A stretch of DNA of 64,000 nucleotides from Deltaproteobacteria bacterium (GTDB lineage Bacteria > Myxococcota > Kuafuiibacteriia > Kuafuiibacteriales > Kuafuiibacteriaceae): positions 288,001-352,000 of the forward strand of contig JAVJQW010000017.1 in assembly GCA_040218735.1 (NCBI GenBank), written 5' to 3'. Position 1 is the first letter of the stretch, and every line of letters starts with the position of its first letter. Position numbers and translations under genes: made by a program. Below, one piece after another: positions 1 through 9,212 of this stretch. The notes beneath the pieces are model-generated. The model worked only from the letters and a program-made list of their open reading frames with translations. It did no database searches and was not told the DNA's origin.

Positions 1-126
1 GCGCAGCTCGAGCGGCAGCTCGAAGCGATGCAAGCCGCCTTGCAGGCCGAGCTCACGGAAGCGGAGCTGTCCGGCTACGACATGGGCGAGCTGGATCCCG
101 AGGACGACCCGGGGGCCGGTTACTAG
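1..126 (+). CDS. sctL: 3' end of T3SS stator protein SctL/FliH-like (partial)
   Basis: Frame 1 reads AQLERQLEAMQAALQAE...GY*. This resembles the FliH/SctL C-terminal motif, and its stop overlaps the GTG of sctN. Confidence 0.6.
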   Translation, partial: AQLERQLEAMQAALQAELTEAELSGYDMGELDPEDDPGAGY

Positions 127-1445
127 TGGTCGCCGCCCCGATCGACTTCTCTCGATACGCGCGCCGGGTGCGCAAGACGCGCTTCACGCGCGTGCGCGGT
201 CGCGTGACGGAGATGACCGGCCTGATCATCAAGGCCGCGGTCCCGGGCGTGCGCATCGGGGAGCTCGTGGAGATCGTCAACCCGACGCACAGCCTGCAAG
301 CCGAGGTCGTCGGCTTCCGCGACAAGGAAGTGATGTTGATGCCCTTCGGGTTCCCGGAGGGCGTCGGTCCGGACTCGGAGGTCGTGCCCTACGGGCGGCC
401 GTTCGAAGTGCGCTGCGGCGAGGGTCTGCTCGGTCACGTCGTCAACGGTCTGGGCCAGCCGATCGACGGCGCGAGCCTCAGCGAGATCCGCGGGCTCGAG
501 GACTGGGCCGTGGAACGCACGCCGCCCGATCCGCTGGATCGTGAGCGCGTGCTGGAACACATCGCGTTCGGCGTGCGCGCGATCGACGGGCTGCTGACGA
601 TCGGTAAAGGTCAGCGCGTCGGGCTGTTCGCGGGCTCCGGTGTCGGTAAGTCGACCTTGATGGGGCAGATCGCCCGAAACACCGAGGCCGAGATCGTCAT
701 CTGCTGTCTGATCGGCGAGCGTGGTCGTGAGGTGAAGGACTTCATCGAGGAGTCGCTCGGTGAGGAGGGGATGAAGAAGTCGGTGGTGGTCGTGGCGACC
801 TCCGACGAGTCCTCGCTCGTTCGTCAGAAGTCGGCGTTCGTCTCCACCGCGATCGCGGAGTGGTTCCGCGACCAGGGCGCGCGGGTGTTGTTGATGATGG
901 ACTCGACGACGCGCTTCGCGCGTGCGCAGCGCGAGATCGGCTTGGCGGTCGGTGAGCCGCCGGCGCGCCAAGGTTATCCGCCGTCGGTGTTCTCGCAGCT
1001 GCCTCGGTTGTTGGAGCGCACGGGCAACTCGTCGAAGGGATCGATCACGGCGCTGTACACCGTCCTCGTCGCGGGCGGTGACATGGAAGAGCCGATCTCC
1101 GACGAGGTCCGCGGTATCCTCGACGGCCACATCATCCTCAACCGTGCGCTCGGCGCGCGGAACCACTGGCCGGCGATCGACATCCTGCCGTCCCTGTCGC
1201 GTGTCGCGACGGGCATCATCGCCCCCGAGCACCGCGAAGCGGCGGCGAAGCTCCGCGAGGTGCTCGCGACGTACGAGAAGCAGCGCGACCTCATCCTCCT
1301 CGGCGCGTACCAGTACGGCACGGACCCGGCGACCGACTACGCGATCGACAAGATCGACATGGTCGAGGCGTTCCTCCGGCAGCGCACCGAGGAGAACTCG
1401 CCGTTCGAAGAGTCGATCCAGATGCTGGTCGGCTTGTTCAACTGA
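126..1445 (+). CDS. sctN: T3SS ATPase SctN (FliI/YscN family)
   Basis: Walker A GSGVGKST, LIGERGREV, MDSTTRFARAQREIGL, GSITALYTVL and ILDGHIIL motifs. Confidence 0.96.
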   Translation: MVAAPIDFSRYARRVRKTRFTRVRGRVTEMTGLIIKAAVPGVRIGELVEIVNPTHSLQAEVVGFRDKEVMLMPFGFPEGVGPDSEVVPYGRPFEVRCGEGLLGHVVNGLGQPIDGASLSEIRGLEDWAVERTPPDPLDRERVLEHIAFGVRAIDGLLTIGKGQRVGLFAGSGVGKSTLMGQIARNTEAEIVICCLIGERGREVKDFIEESLGEEGMKKSVVVVATSDESSLVRQKSAFVSTAIAEWFRDQGARVLLMMDSTTRFARAQREIGLAVGEPPARQGYPPSVFSQLPRLLERTGNSSKGSITALYTVLVAGGDMEEPISDEVRGILDGHIILNRALGARNHWPAIDILPSLSRVATGIIAPEHREAAAKLREVLATYEKQRDLILLGAYQYGTDPATDYAIDKIDMVEAFLRQRTEENSPFEESIQMLVGLFN

Positions 1446-1456
1446 GGATTTCGACT

Positions 1457-1942
1457 TTGGCGAAGTACCGACTCCAGACCCTCCTCGAGATCCGCGAGCG
1501 CGCGGAGGAAGACGCCAAGCAGGCGTTCGCCGCCGCGATGGCGCAGCTCAAGCAGGAGCAAGATCTCTTGCAAGAGCTGAAGGACGAGCTCGAACGCATG
1601 ATCGAGGACCGTCACCGCCGCCGCGAGGAGTACGCGAACAAACTCGCGTCGGGGGAGATGAAGGTGACGGACCAGGCCGCCGCCTACCGCTTCATCGACC
1701 GCCTCAAGGAGAAGGAAGTCGAGCAGAAGGGGCGCATCGACGCGCAACGCGAGAACGTGCGCGAAGCCGAAAAGCACATGAAGCGCGCACAGGACGCGCT
1801 CATCCAGGCGACCCAGGACCTCAAGGCGCTGCAGAAGCACAAGGAGAACTGGGAGGCGCAGGTGAAAAAGGAACGCGCCATGCGCGAGGCCGAGCAGCTC
1901 GACGAGATCGCGCAGACGATCTACCAGCAGCGGAACAAGTAG
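1457..1942 (+). CDS. sctO: T3SS stalk protein SctO/FliJ-like
   Basis: 161-aa coiled coil directly after the ATPase, with YRLQTLL at the N-terminus and EQLDEIA near the C-terminus. Confidence 0.8.
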   Translation: MAKYRLQTLLEIRERAEEDAKQAFAAAMAQLKQEQDLLQELKDELERMIEDRHRRREEYANKLASGEMKVTDQAAAYRFIDRLKEKEVEQKGRIDAQRENVREAEKHMKRAQDALIQATQDLKALQKHKENWEAQVKKERAMREAEQLDEIAQTIYQQRNK

Positions 1943-2003
1943 CGTTCGCGCGGTTCAGCGGCTCGAGATGCCCCGCGAGCGCGTCGAGTTTCGATGGTCG
2001 TGG

Positions 2004-2927
2004 TCAAGGGAGCTCGGAGACCACCACGCGGTAGTCCTGGCCGGCCGTCACGAGGTGGCCGCGGTGGAATGCGGCCGCCGTGACGTCGCGTCCACCGTGC
2101 ACCACGAAGGACGCGACGCGCTGACGCGCCTTCACGTCGATCACCGCGACCTCGCCGCCCGGCACGCCCACGGCGACACGCTGCGCATCGATGAACACCG
2201 GAGCGCTCCACGGGCGCTCGACCGTCCCCCGCGTCGCGTCGCGAACCACGACGTTGCCCTCCGGGGAGAGGTTCGTCTCGAAGGCGCCGTCGAAGCCGAA
2301 CACCGTGAGGTCGCGCGCGGTGAACGCCATGAGGTCACCGGTGGGCGAGGTGGCGATCGCGCTCATGCCGTCGGTGGGTTCCGCGATCTTCGGGCCTTCG
2401 ACACGGACGAGGTGATCACCTTCCAGCGCCGCGTACGCCACGTGGGAGCCGCCCTGGCGGACCGCCGCGCAGACCAGGCGGGTGCCGTCGAAGGCGAGCG
2501 AGACGTTGCGCTCGCCGCCGAAGCTCTCGAGCGCGACGGTCTCGTCGCCGAAGAGCCAGAGGATCTCTGCGTCCCCGACCGCCGCGACGCGGTCGCCGAC
2601 GAAAGTCACCGCCTGCACCTCGTGGCCGGCGGGTTTGGCGATGATCCGGACGCGCTCGCCGGCTTCGACATCCCACACCTCGATGTCCCCCGCGCCCACG
2701 ACGACCGCGCGGCGACCGTCGAACGCGCAGTCGTGCACGATGTCGAGATCACACTCGAGGCGGTGACGAAGCGTGAAGTCGTCGCCCCACACGAAGAGCG
2801 TCCCGTTGGAGTCGGCGCCGACGAGCGTCGTGCCGTCCTCGGAGAAACGGAGCGCGACGATGTGCTCGACGTCGTCTTCGATGACCCGACCCACGTTGGA
2901 CGTGACCTTAGCAGCTACGAAATTCAT
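2004..2927 (-). CDS. WD40-like beta-propeller protein, putative immunity protein
   Basis: Repeated blade motifs (LFVWG, IEVWDVEAG, AVTFVG, LVTAGQDYRVVV). Starts 10 bp after the toxin stop, with a GAGGG ribosome-binding site. Confidence 0.6.
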   Translation of the reverse strand: MNFVAAKVTSNVGRVIEDDVEHIVALRFSEDGTTLVGADSNGTLFVWGDDFTLRHRLECDLDIVHDCAFDGRRAVVVGAGDIEVWDVEAGERVRIIAKPAGHEVQAVTFVGDRVAAVGDAEILWLFGDETVALESFGGERNVSLAFDGTRLVCAAVRQGGSHVAYAALEGDHLVRVEGPKIAEPTDGMSAIATSPTGDLMAFTARDLTVFGFDGAFETNLSPEGNVVVRDATRGTVERPWSAPVFIDAQRVAVGVPGGEVAVIDVKARQRVASFVVHGGRDVTAAAFHRGHLVTAGQDYRVVVSELP

Positions 2928-2937
2928 TGCGGATCCC

Positions 2938-5900
2938 TCACTGGTGGAAGACTTCGATCTGGACGTTCGGATAGTCCGTCCGGAACTTCGACATCACGCG
3001 CTGACACGACGGGCACGGCGGCAGCTCCGTGAAGATCCGCAGCCGCGCGTCGGCGCCCTTCGGCAGCTTCGACAGCGCATCGTTCACCAACCCCATCAAC
3101 CGCACCTCGGAGTCGTTCATGCGCGACATCTTGTGCTGCCCGGGCACGTCCTCCAGCACCCGCGCCTCCGCCTCGTACGGGTTCCCGGGCACCCCTTCAT
3201 CGGGACCGCCACCGCTCCGACGCGGACCGATCGGCTGCCGCACACCGTCGACCTCCAGCTCCGCGTACGCCCGGTTCGGCTTCTCACCGTCCGGGAGCTT
3301 CAGCTTCTTCACCTCCTCGACGGGGTTGCGGTCGAAGGCGCCAGGACGTGCGTCCGAGATCGGCGATACCTCGATGCCGGCGGTCTTGCGGATCGACTCG
3401 TACATCGCCTGCTGCGACGCCTTGTACTCGTCCATGAACGCCTGACGCGTCGCCTTCTCGTTGGCCTCCCACGTCTCCTTCGCGCGCTGCGCCTGCGCGA
3501 GCTCCTCGTCGGAGAGCCGGCCCGGCGGGCGCTTGGGTTTGTCACCCATCGTCCCGTACTCGGTCGCGAGGCGGCGGCTCTTCTCACTCGCGCTGAGGAA
3601 CTCACGCGCGGCGGATGCGTTGGCGTCCGTCGGGTTCTGCTCGACGAGTTTCTTTGCGAGGCGGACGTCCTCCGCCATGCCCTCGACGCGCTTGCGCTGA
3701 CTGGCCGCCTGTTTGCCGGTGTGTGGCCACTGATCGAGCGCCCGGTCGAGATCCTTCCCGGCGACGTCGAGCTGTTTCAGGATGTCGTCGGCGAAGGTCG
3801 ACGGCTTGAGCTTCGCGCGCTCCGGAGCGTCGAGCTTCTTGGGCGCCGGTCCGTCGACGTCCGCCTTCGCCTTACCGCGCCACAGGCGCCCCAGCCCGTT
3901 CGTCGCGCCCTGCGACAGCGGGTTGAGGATCGCGCCGAACGCAGCGCCGCGGAGCCCGTTCATGTTCGCTTCGCTGAGACTCTTGCCGTCGAGCAGCGAG
4001 TTGGAGGTCCCGACGATGTAACCATCGACAGCGCCCTCGCCGATCGTCGTGCCGCCCCAGATGCCGGCGCGTGTGAGCATCGAGACGCTCTGCCCGGTTG
4101 CCAGCTTCGTCGCCTGGTTCGCGAGCATCCGCTGCGCGGCCTGACGCGCGAGCATGTTCGTGCCGGTCGCCGACAGCCCGTTGATCCCACCCTTGAGCAG
4201 ATCGAGGGCGACGTTCCCATCGTACTCGCCGCTCCCGGTCCATGCGTCGAGGCCCTTCGTCCCGACCTTCGTGATCGCACCCGCCGCCGCGCCGACGAGC
4301 AGCGACGCACCACCGGTGAACGGCGCCGCCGCGGCCGCGGTGAGCGCGACGCCCACGGATGCGAAGTCCGAGATTCCTTCCACCCAGTTGCTCTGCGACT
4401 TCTGGAAGCGCTGGATGTGATCCGGGACCGCCTGAATCTTGTCGTTCAGGTTCGTGACGCGGTCGCGGTACGCCTTCACGAAGTCTTCGTGCGAGCCCTT
4501 GAAGTTCGCGAGGTTCTCGACGTCGCGACGCGCGCGGTACGCGTCGTGAATCGTTCGCACGACCGCGTTGCTCCCGAGCTCGGAGTCGATCAGCCACCCA
4601 TCCTTGCTGCCGAGGTTGTTCTTGATCGCATCGGCGAGGTCACCGACGACCCCCTGCTCGCGCAGGATGCGGTCGAACGTACGGTCGAGCCGGTCGACCT
4701 CCTTGCCCACGTTCTCGACGAGGCTCTTCCGCAGCTTCCCCTCGAGCTGCTCCACGGAGAACCGCGTGTAGTCCTCGCTGACCTGCGCGTGCTGTGCGTC
4801 GGACAGGTCGTCCATCGACTTCTTGAGGTAGGGGATCGGGTTGTTCGGCTCGGCGCGCGCGGCCTTCATCCGCTCCGCGATGTCCGAGTCCTCGAGCCCC
4901 GCGGCGCGCATCTCACGCTCGTCGCGGTAGTACAGCTCGGAGGTCGGCGCGGGAGACTTCACCTCTGGCGCCGTCCAGGTCGGCGCCGCCTTCCGCTCGC
5001 CGAACAGCCCGGAGTCGAGTGAGAAGTCGTGTTTCTTGCTCGGGTGGCAGTCGTAGCACTTCTCGCCGGTCATGAGGCGCGACAGCTGCGCCGGGTCGAG
5101 CTGCGGACGCTGAGCTGCTTCGTGCTGCTGTACCCGCTCGCGGAATCCTTCGAACGAGTTGGGATCGCGATCGAACAGCTCTCCGTTGTCGCGTTTGTAG
5201 CCGTCGATCTCCGACAGCGCGCGGAAGCGGTCGTAGCTACTGACCTTGGAGATGTCCTTGCCGGCGACGTCGGCGAGGAACGCTTCGCGGTCGACGCCGT
5301 AGAACGGGCTGTCGTCGCCCCAACCGTTCTTCGTGTACTCACTGTCGAGGCGCGCGTGGTGCGGACGAATCTTCTTGTCGAGCTCCTTCAGGCGGAAGTT
5401 CGCGACGTGATCGTCGTAGACCTGCCGTTGCTCGGCGGTCATCTGCTCCGGCTGGATCTTCAGGCGCTGCCGCGGGTCGCCGTTCGACAGCTCGAGCCGG
5501 AAGCGCAGCGCGCTCTCGTCCTGGTAGCGCTTCGCGAGCTGGTCATACTGCTCGGTGCCCTTCCGCACGCTGGGGTGATCGGTGCGGATCTTGTTGTCGA
5601 TCGCGGTGTCGAGGCGTTCGCGAGCGCCGGCGTGGATGTCGCGGAGGGTGTTGGCCTGCGTGAAAGGCGACGACAGCGAGAACGGCTCGGTCTTCTTGTC
5701 GGGGTGGCAGTCGTAGCACTTCTCGGTGTTGGCGAAGATGTTCCGGCGATCGATCCGGTCGAGCCGGTCGTCCGGCTCGACCGCGGTGTCCTTCGACGCC
5801 CACTTCGCCGGGTCGAAGAGCCGCGCCTGCTCTTCGCGTGAGTAGAACAGGTCGTCGTGCCCGGGCTGCACGCCGGTGACCGGGTCGTAGGTGTTCGCGT

Positions 5901-6981
5901 CCGCCGGGCGATGCGCACGGATCGTCGACAGCGCCGCCTTCGAGTCGCGGTGGGAGAGGTCGGAGACCGGCGTCTGCTCGAGCTGCGAGATGAACTGCTG
6001 CGTCCCCTCGGACATCGGGCGCCGCACGAGGTCGTGGGCGAGCTGCTGCATGCGCTCGCGCGACTCGGGCGCGAGCTCCTTCGCGCGCGAGGCCTCCTGC
6101 AGGCGGTTCGACTCGCGCAGCCGGAAGTCACGCTCGTACTTACGCGCCTGCGGCATCTCGTCGGCGGCGAGGCGATCGGAGTAGCGCTGCGCCTCTTCGG
6201 CGCGCTCCACGGGGCTCATGCCCTGGACGGTCGATTCGAAGCCACGGTCGAGCTCGGCCCGGACCGCGTCGTGGTTCACCGGCTTCGGGCCGACGCGTTC
6301 CGTAGGCCGGAACTTCGCGAGCGCCGAGAAGTCGAGCGGGGTGAAGTCCTCCTTCTTGTCCGGGTGGCAGTCGCGGCAGTCGACGCTGTTCCGCAGCGGA
6401 TCCCGGAACGGGTTCTTGGTGAGGGACTGAAGGGCGTCGGTCGGCTGCGGCTTCTCCTTCGTCTTCGCGAGGTAGTCCTCGAGGCTGCGGATCTGTCGAT
6501 CCATCGTGTCCTTGAACTCGGCGTCGTTGTTGCGGCGGTGGCGGTCGTGGAGCTGTTGGTAGGTCGGGAGTGCATCACTCGGCGTGGTGTCGCTCCGCGT
6601 CTTCTCCTCCTCGGCCGGCGCCCGGGTTTGGACGGGCCGCCCCTCGGCGAGGTGTGTCTCGGTTCGGCGGAGCTCCGTCGCTTCGTCCGTGACCTGACGT
6701 TCCGGTTGCTCGCGAACCTTCGGCCGCTCTGCGCCGGTGGTGTGATCCTGTTTCGCGACGCGTTGGTCCGCATCGTTGGCGGGCGGCTGGTAGTCGTCGC
6801 CCTTCGCCTCCGGCGTGCCCTTCGCGCCTCCCGCGCCGCCCTGCCCCGCTTTGTCGCCCGACTGCGGCGGTGGCGGTGGTTTGGTCTGCTCCTCTTGTTT
6901 CTTCTTCTCGATGCGCTGGAGCGCGAGCGCGATCCGGTCTTCTGCGGTCCCACCGAGGGGAAGTGCATTCACGGGCGGCAT
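2938..6981 (-). CDS. Large polymorphic-toxin-like protein: three CxxCH repeats, a hydrophobic segment and a C-terminal nucleic-acid deaminase (BURPS668_1122/Toxin-deaminase-like)
   Basis: C-terminus RMNDSEVRL...IFTELPPCPSCQRVMSKFRTDYPNVQIEV; hydrophobic segment AAAAAPFTGGASLLVGAAAGA. The start was moved to ATG 6981 because the longer ORF overlaps sctP antisense. Confidence 0.8.
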   Translation of the reverse strand: MPPVNALPLGGTAEDRIALALQRIEKKKQEEQTKPPPPPQSGDKAGQGGAGGAKGTPEAKGDDYQPPANDADQRVAKQDHTTGAERPKVREQPERQVTDEATELRRTETHLAEGRPVQTRAPAEEEKTRSDTTPSDALPTYQQLHDRHRRNNDAEFKDTMDRQIRSLEDYLAKTKEKPQPTDALQSLTKNPFRDPLRNSVDCRDCHPDKKEDFTPLDFSALAKFRPTERVGPKPVNHDAVRAELDRGFESTVQGMSPVERAEEAQRYSDRLAADEMPQARKYERDFRLRESNRLQEASRAKELAPESRERMQQLAHDLVRRPMSEGTQQFISQLEQTPVSDLSHRDSKAALSTIRAHRPADANTYDPVTGVQPGHDDLFYSREEQARLFDPAKWASKDTAVEPDDRLDRIDRRNIFANTEKCYDCHPDKKTEPFSLSSPFTQANTLRDIHAGARERLDTAIDNKIRTDHPSVRKGTEQYDQLAKRYQDESALRFRLELSNGDPRQRLKIQPEQMTAEQRQVYDDHVANFRLKELDKKIRPHHARLDSEYTKNGWGDDSPFYGVDREAFLADVAGKDISKVSSYDRFRALSEIDGYKRDNGELFDRDPNSFEGFRERVQQHEAAQRPQLDPAQLSRLMTGEKCYDCHPSKKHDFSLDSGLFGERKAAPTWTAPEVKSPAPTSELYYRDEREMRAAGLEDSDIAERMKAARAEPNNPIPYLKKSMDDLSDAQHAQVSEDYTRFSVEQLEGKLRKSLVENVGKEVDRLDRTFDRILREQGVVGDLADAIKNNLGSKDGWLIDSELGSNAVVRTIHDAYRARRDVENLANFKGSHEDFVKAYRDRVTNLNDKIQAVPDHIQRFQKSQSNWVEGISDFASVGVALTAAAAAPFTGGASLLVGAAAGAITKVGTKGLDAWTGSGEYDGNVALDLLKGGINGLSATGTNMLARQAAQRMLANQATKLATGQSVSMLTRAGIWGGTTIGEGAVDGYIVGTSNSLLDGKSLSEANMNGLRGAAFGAILNPLSQGATNGLGRLWRGKAKADVDGPAPKKLDAPERAKLKPSTFADDILKQLDVAGKDLDRALDQWPHTGKQAASQRKRVEGMAEDVRLAKKLVEQNPTDANASAAREFLSASEKSRRLATEYGTMGDKPKRPPGRLSDEELAQAQRAKETWEANEKATRQAFMDEYKASQQAMYESIRKTAGIEVSPISDARPGAFDRNPVEEVKKLKLPDGEKPNRAYAELEVDGVRQPIGPRRSGGGPDEGVPGNPYEAEARVLEDVPGQHKMSRMNDSEVRLMGLVNDALSKLPKGADARLRIFTELPPCPSCQRVMSKFRTDYPNVQIEVFHQ

Positions 6982-7206
6982 GTCGCGCAAGATGAGTTGC
7001 AATGCCCGGCCCGCCGCCCAAGCTCGCGAACTTCGGTGTGTCGGCGGCGGACCTGTAGCGCGCGCCCCTCGGACCTGCGGCGTCGGCGCCCGTGGGGCGA
7101 CGTGGGCAGATGAAGGCCTTGGTTGGACCCGCACCGACGTCCCCAACGGAAAATGCTCGTGAAACCGGGGTCTTGGACCGTTCGTCCAGCGCGCCGAGAT
7201 TCGGAA

Positions 7207-7234
7207 GCAACGAAGCACAACGAACGATCGATAA
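7207..7234 (+). promoter_or_regulatory. Putative sigma28-like promoter of sctP
   Basis: GCAA-N16-ATCGATAA, compared with the FliA consensus TAAA-N15-GCCGATAA. A GGGAG RBS and ATG 7258 follow. Confidence 0.45.
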
Positions 7235-7257
7235 TCCCCATCAAAGGGAGCCGTTGC

Positions 7258-8139
7258 ATGAGCCGCGTCGACGACAACAGCGACAACCGCCGCATCCGCG
7301 AGATGAACGAGGCGGCGCACAACAAGAAGATCCGCAACGAGAAGAAGAGCGCCGAGGCCCGGGGCGAGCAGACGTTCCGCGAGGTCATGCAGAAGAAGGC
7401 GCGCACCGAGACCGCGCAGCGGAACCAGGCCAAGGAGACGGAGAAGGAGAAGGGGGCCGAGGGTGAGTCGGTGCTCGACCGCATCCGCAAGCGCGCTCCG
7501 AAGAAGAGCGTCGAGCGCGACCGCCGGCAGGCGCTGCAGCGCTCGATGCAAGGTGGCTTGCTCAAGAAGAAGGCGCTCAAGGCCGGCGAGGACGCCCGCG
7601 CCGAAGCCGCCCGCGGCGAGGAGCTGAAGACCGGCGCAGACAACGAGCTCGAGCGCGTCGAAAAGGAAGTGCGCAAGGAAGACGAGCACGAGACGGTGCG
7701 CAGCGACGAGAAGCAGGCCGAGGTCATGCAGGAGGCCCGCGCCGACGTCCCGACCGAACGCGCCGACCCCGACGGTCGCCGCCAGCAGCGCCAGAGCCAA
7801 GGCAAGTCAGGCGACGGGAGGGACAACAACGCGCAGGCCATCCAGAACGCGCGCCGCGCGGGCCGCCCGGCGATCCCGCAAGAGGTCCTGCAGCGTCTGG
7901 TCTCCGCGATCTACAAGGCGGTCAACGCCGACGGGCGCACCAGCATGCGCATCACCCTCAAGGGCGGAAAGCTCGAGGGCGTCACGGTCGACATCAAGTC
8001 CGAGGGCGGCAAGGTGAGTTGTGAGTTCGGCAACTGCCCGAAGGAGCTGAAGTCGATGCTGAAGAAGGGCACCTCGCAGCTGGCGAAGGGCCTGTCGCGG
8101 CGAGGGTTGAAGCTCGAGCGACTCAGCGTCCGCGACTAA
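7258..8139 (+). CDS. sctP: Needle/hook-length control protein SctP/FliK-like
   Basis: Charged, disordered N-terminus plus a C-terminal FliK/T3S4-like domain (SMRITLKGGKLEGVTVDIKSEGGKVSCEF...LSRRGLKLERLSV). Lies between sctO and sctQ in gene order. Confidence 0.7.
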   Translation: MSRVDDNSDNRRIREMNEAAHNKKIRNEKKSAEARGEQTFREVMQKKARTETAQRNQAKETEKEKGAEGESVLDRIRKRAPKKSVERDRRQALQRSMQGGLLKKKALKAGEDARAEAARGEELKTGADNELERVEKEVRKEDEHETVRSDEKQAEVMQEARADVPTERADPDGRRQQRQSQGKSGDGRDNNAQAIQNARRAGRPAIPQEVLQRLVSAIYKAVNADGRTSMRITLKGGKLEGVTVDIKSEGGKVSCEFGNCPKELKSMLKKGTSQLAKGLSRRGLKLERLSVRD

Positions 8140-8424
8140 GACCCACCACCCGCGCCCCCCCAAAAGCCGAAAACACGCGCTCCGTCACATCGCCCGGCTG
8201 CGAATTCGCGCAGCGACGTGACGTGCGCAACACCGCGCGATTTCTCGCCGTTTCGGCGCAACCTCCGCAGCCCTCGAACCGATACACACCAACGATACGA
8301 TCAAGGTGACGGGTGAGTTCTTCGAGCTCACACGTCGCAACGGATCGGTTCCACCAAAACGTAACGAGCTTTGCCGGGAGAGGTGCGTCCGCACCGATCC
8401 GGCGATGGGATGGAGGGGTGCGCC

Positions 8425-9120
8425 ATGCGCATTCGATGGACACTTGTACTCACCACGATCGTGCTCCCTGCGATCGGACTCACCGCGTGCGGGGGTGAGG
8501 TCGACATGACTTTGCACGAGCCGCTCGCGGTCGCGCCGCTCAGTATCAAGCCGGGTTGTTTCAGCCCGATCGTCACGCTCGCGCCGTGTGACGACGAGTC
8601 GCCCGACGAATGCGAACAGTCACGCGAGGCGAACGCGACGATGCAGGCGAACATCTCCGAGATCACCACGCAGCTCCGATCCGTCGTCGAAGTCATCCGC
8701 GCCGCGCCGAACGACGCGCTGTGGTCCGCGACCTATACCTGGCCGCAGCCGCACGAGCTGACTTCGACCTTCACGATCACCGCCGAGAAGCGCGGCACGC
8801 CGAGCGGCGCGTTTACGATCTCGGCGCACGACGTCGGTACTTATGCACCCGGGCTCGACCTCCCGACCGAGATCGACGGCTTCCGCGAGATGTACGGCTT
8901 CTACACGCCCAACTTCACGATGGTCGACGTCGGCGACGGCGTCCTCCGCTGGACGGAGCACGCCCTCACCGCCGGCTCGTTCTACCGGGGCTGCGACCCC
9001 GAGAGGAACGTGAGCTTCGACCAACGCTTCCTGGACGACGGCACGTTCGATCTCTTCTGCTGGGAAAACGACGGCGGCAACGCCGTCGACTGCACCACGA
9101 TCGACCTGTGGCCGAAATGA
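8425..9120 (+). CDS. Hypothetical lipoprotein
   Basis: MRIRWTLVLTTIVLPAIGLTAC lipobox; GGAGG RBS. Confidence 0.65.
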   Translation: MRIRWTLVLTTIVLPAIGLTACGGEVDMTLHEPLAVAPLSIKPGCFSPIVTLAPCDDESPDECEQSREANATMQANISEITTQLRSVVEVIRAAPNDALWSATYTWPQPHELTSTFTITAEKRGTPSGAFTISAHDVGTYAPGLDLPTEIDGFREMYGFYTPNFTMVDVGDGVLRWTEHALTAGSFYRGCDPERNVSFDQRFLDDGTFDLFCWENDGGNAVDCTTIDLWPK

Positions 9121-9121
9121 C

Positions 9122-9206
9122 TCGGCAAGGGCGCGCAGCGACCGCGCAGCGTGGCGTACCCGCGCGAAGGGCCGCAGGCCAGCTTGCCTGGCCGATAACG
9201 GCCAAG
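9122..9206. repeat. Palindromic intergenic element or bidirectional terminator between convergent genes
   Basis: Inverted repeats GGCAAG...CTTGCC, GGCC-GCA-GGCC and TGGCCG-ATAA-CGGCCA. Confidence 0.35.
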
Positions 9207-9212
9207 ATCGAA

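Noticed and set aside
5041-6380. Annotation as a multiheme cytochrome c
   Set aside because: There is no export signal, the motifs are very sparse and the protein ends in a toxin domain; heme binding is left as a hypothesis only.
6982-7800. 273-aa N-terminal extension of the toxin ORF
   Set aside because: It is the antisense shadow of sctP; ATG 6981 is the more plausible start.
9191-9198. Perfect GCCGATAA sigma28 -10 element
   Set aside because: It has no correctly spaced -35, is part of a hairpin and points into a convergent gene end.
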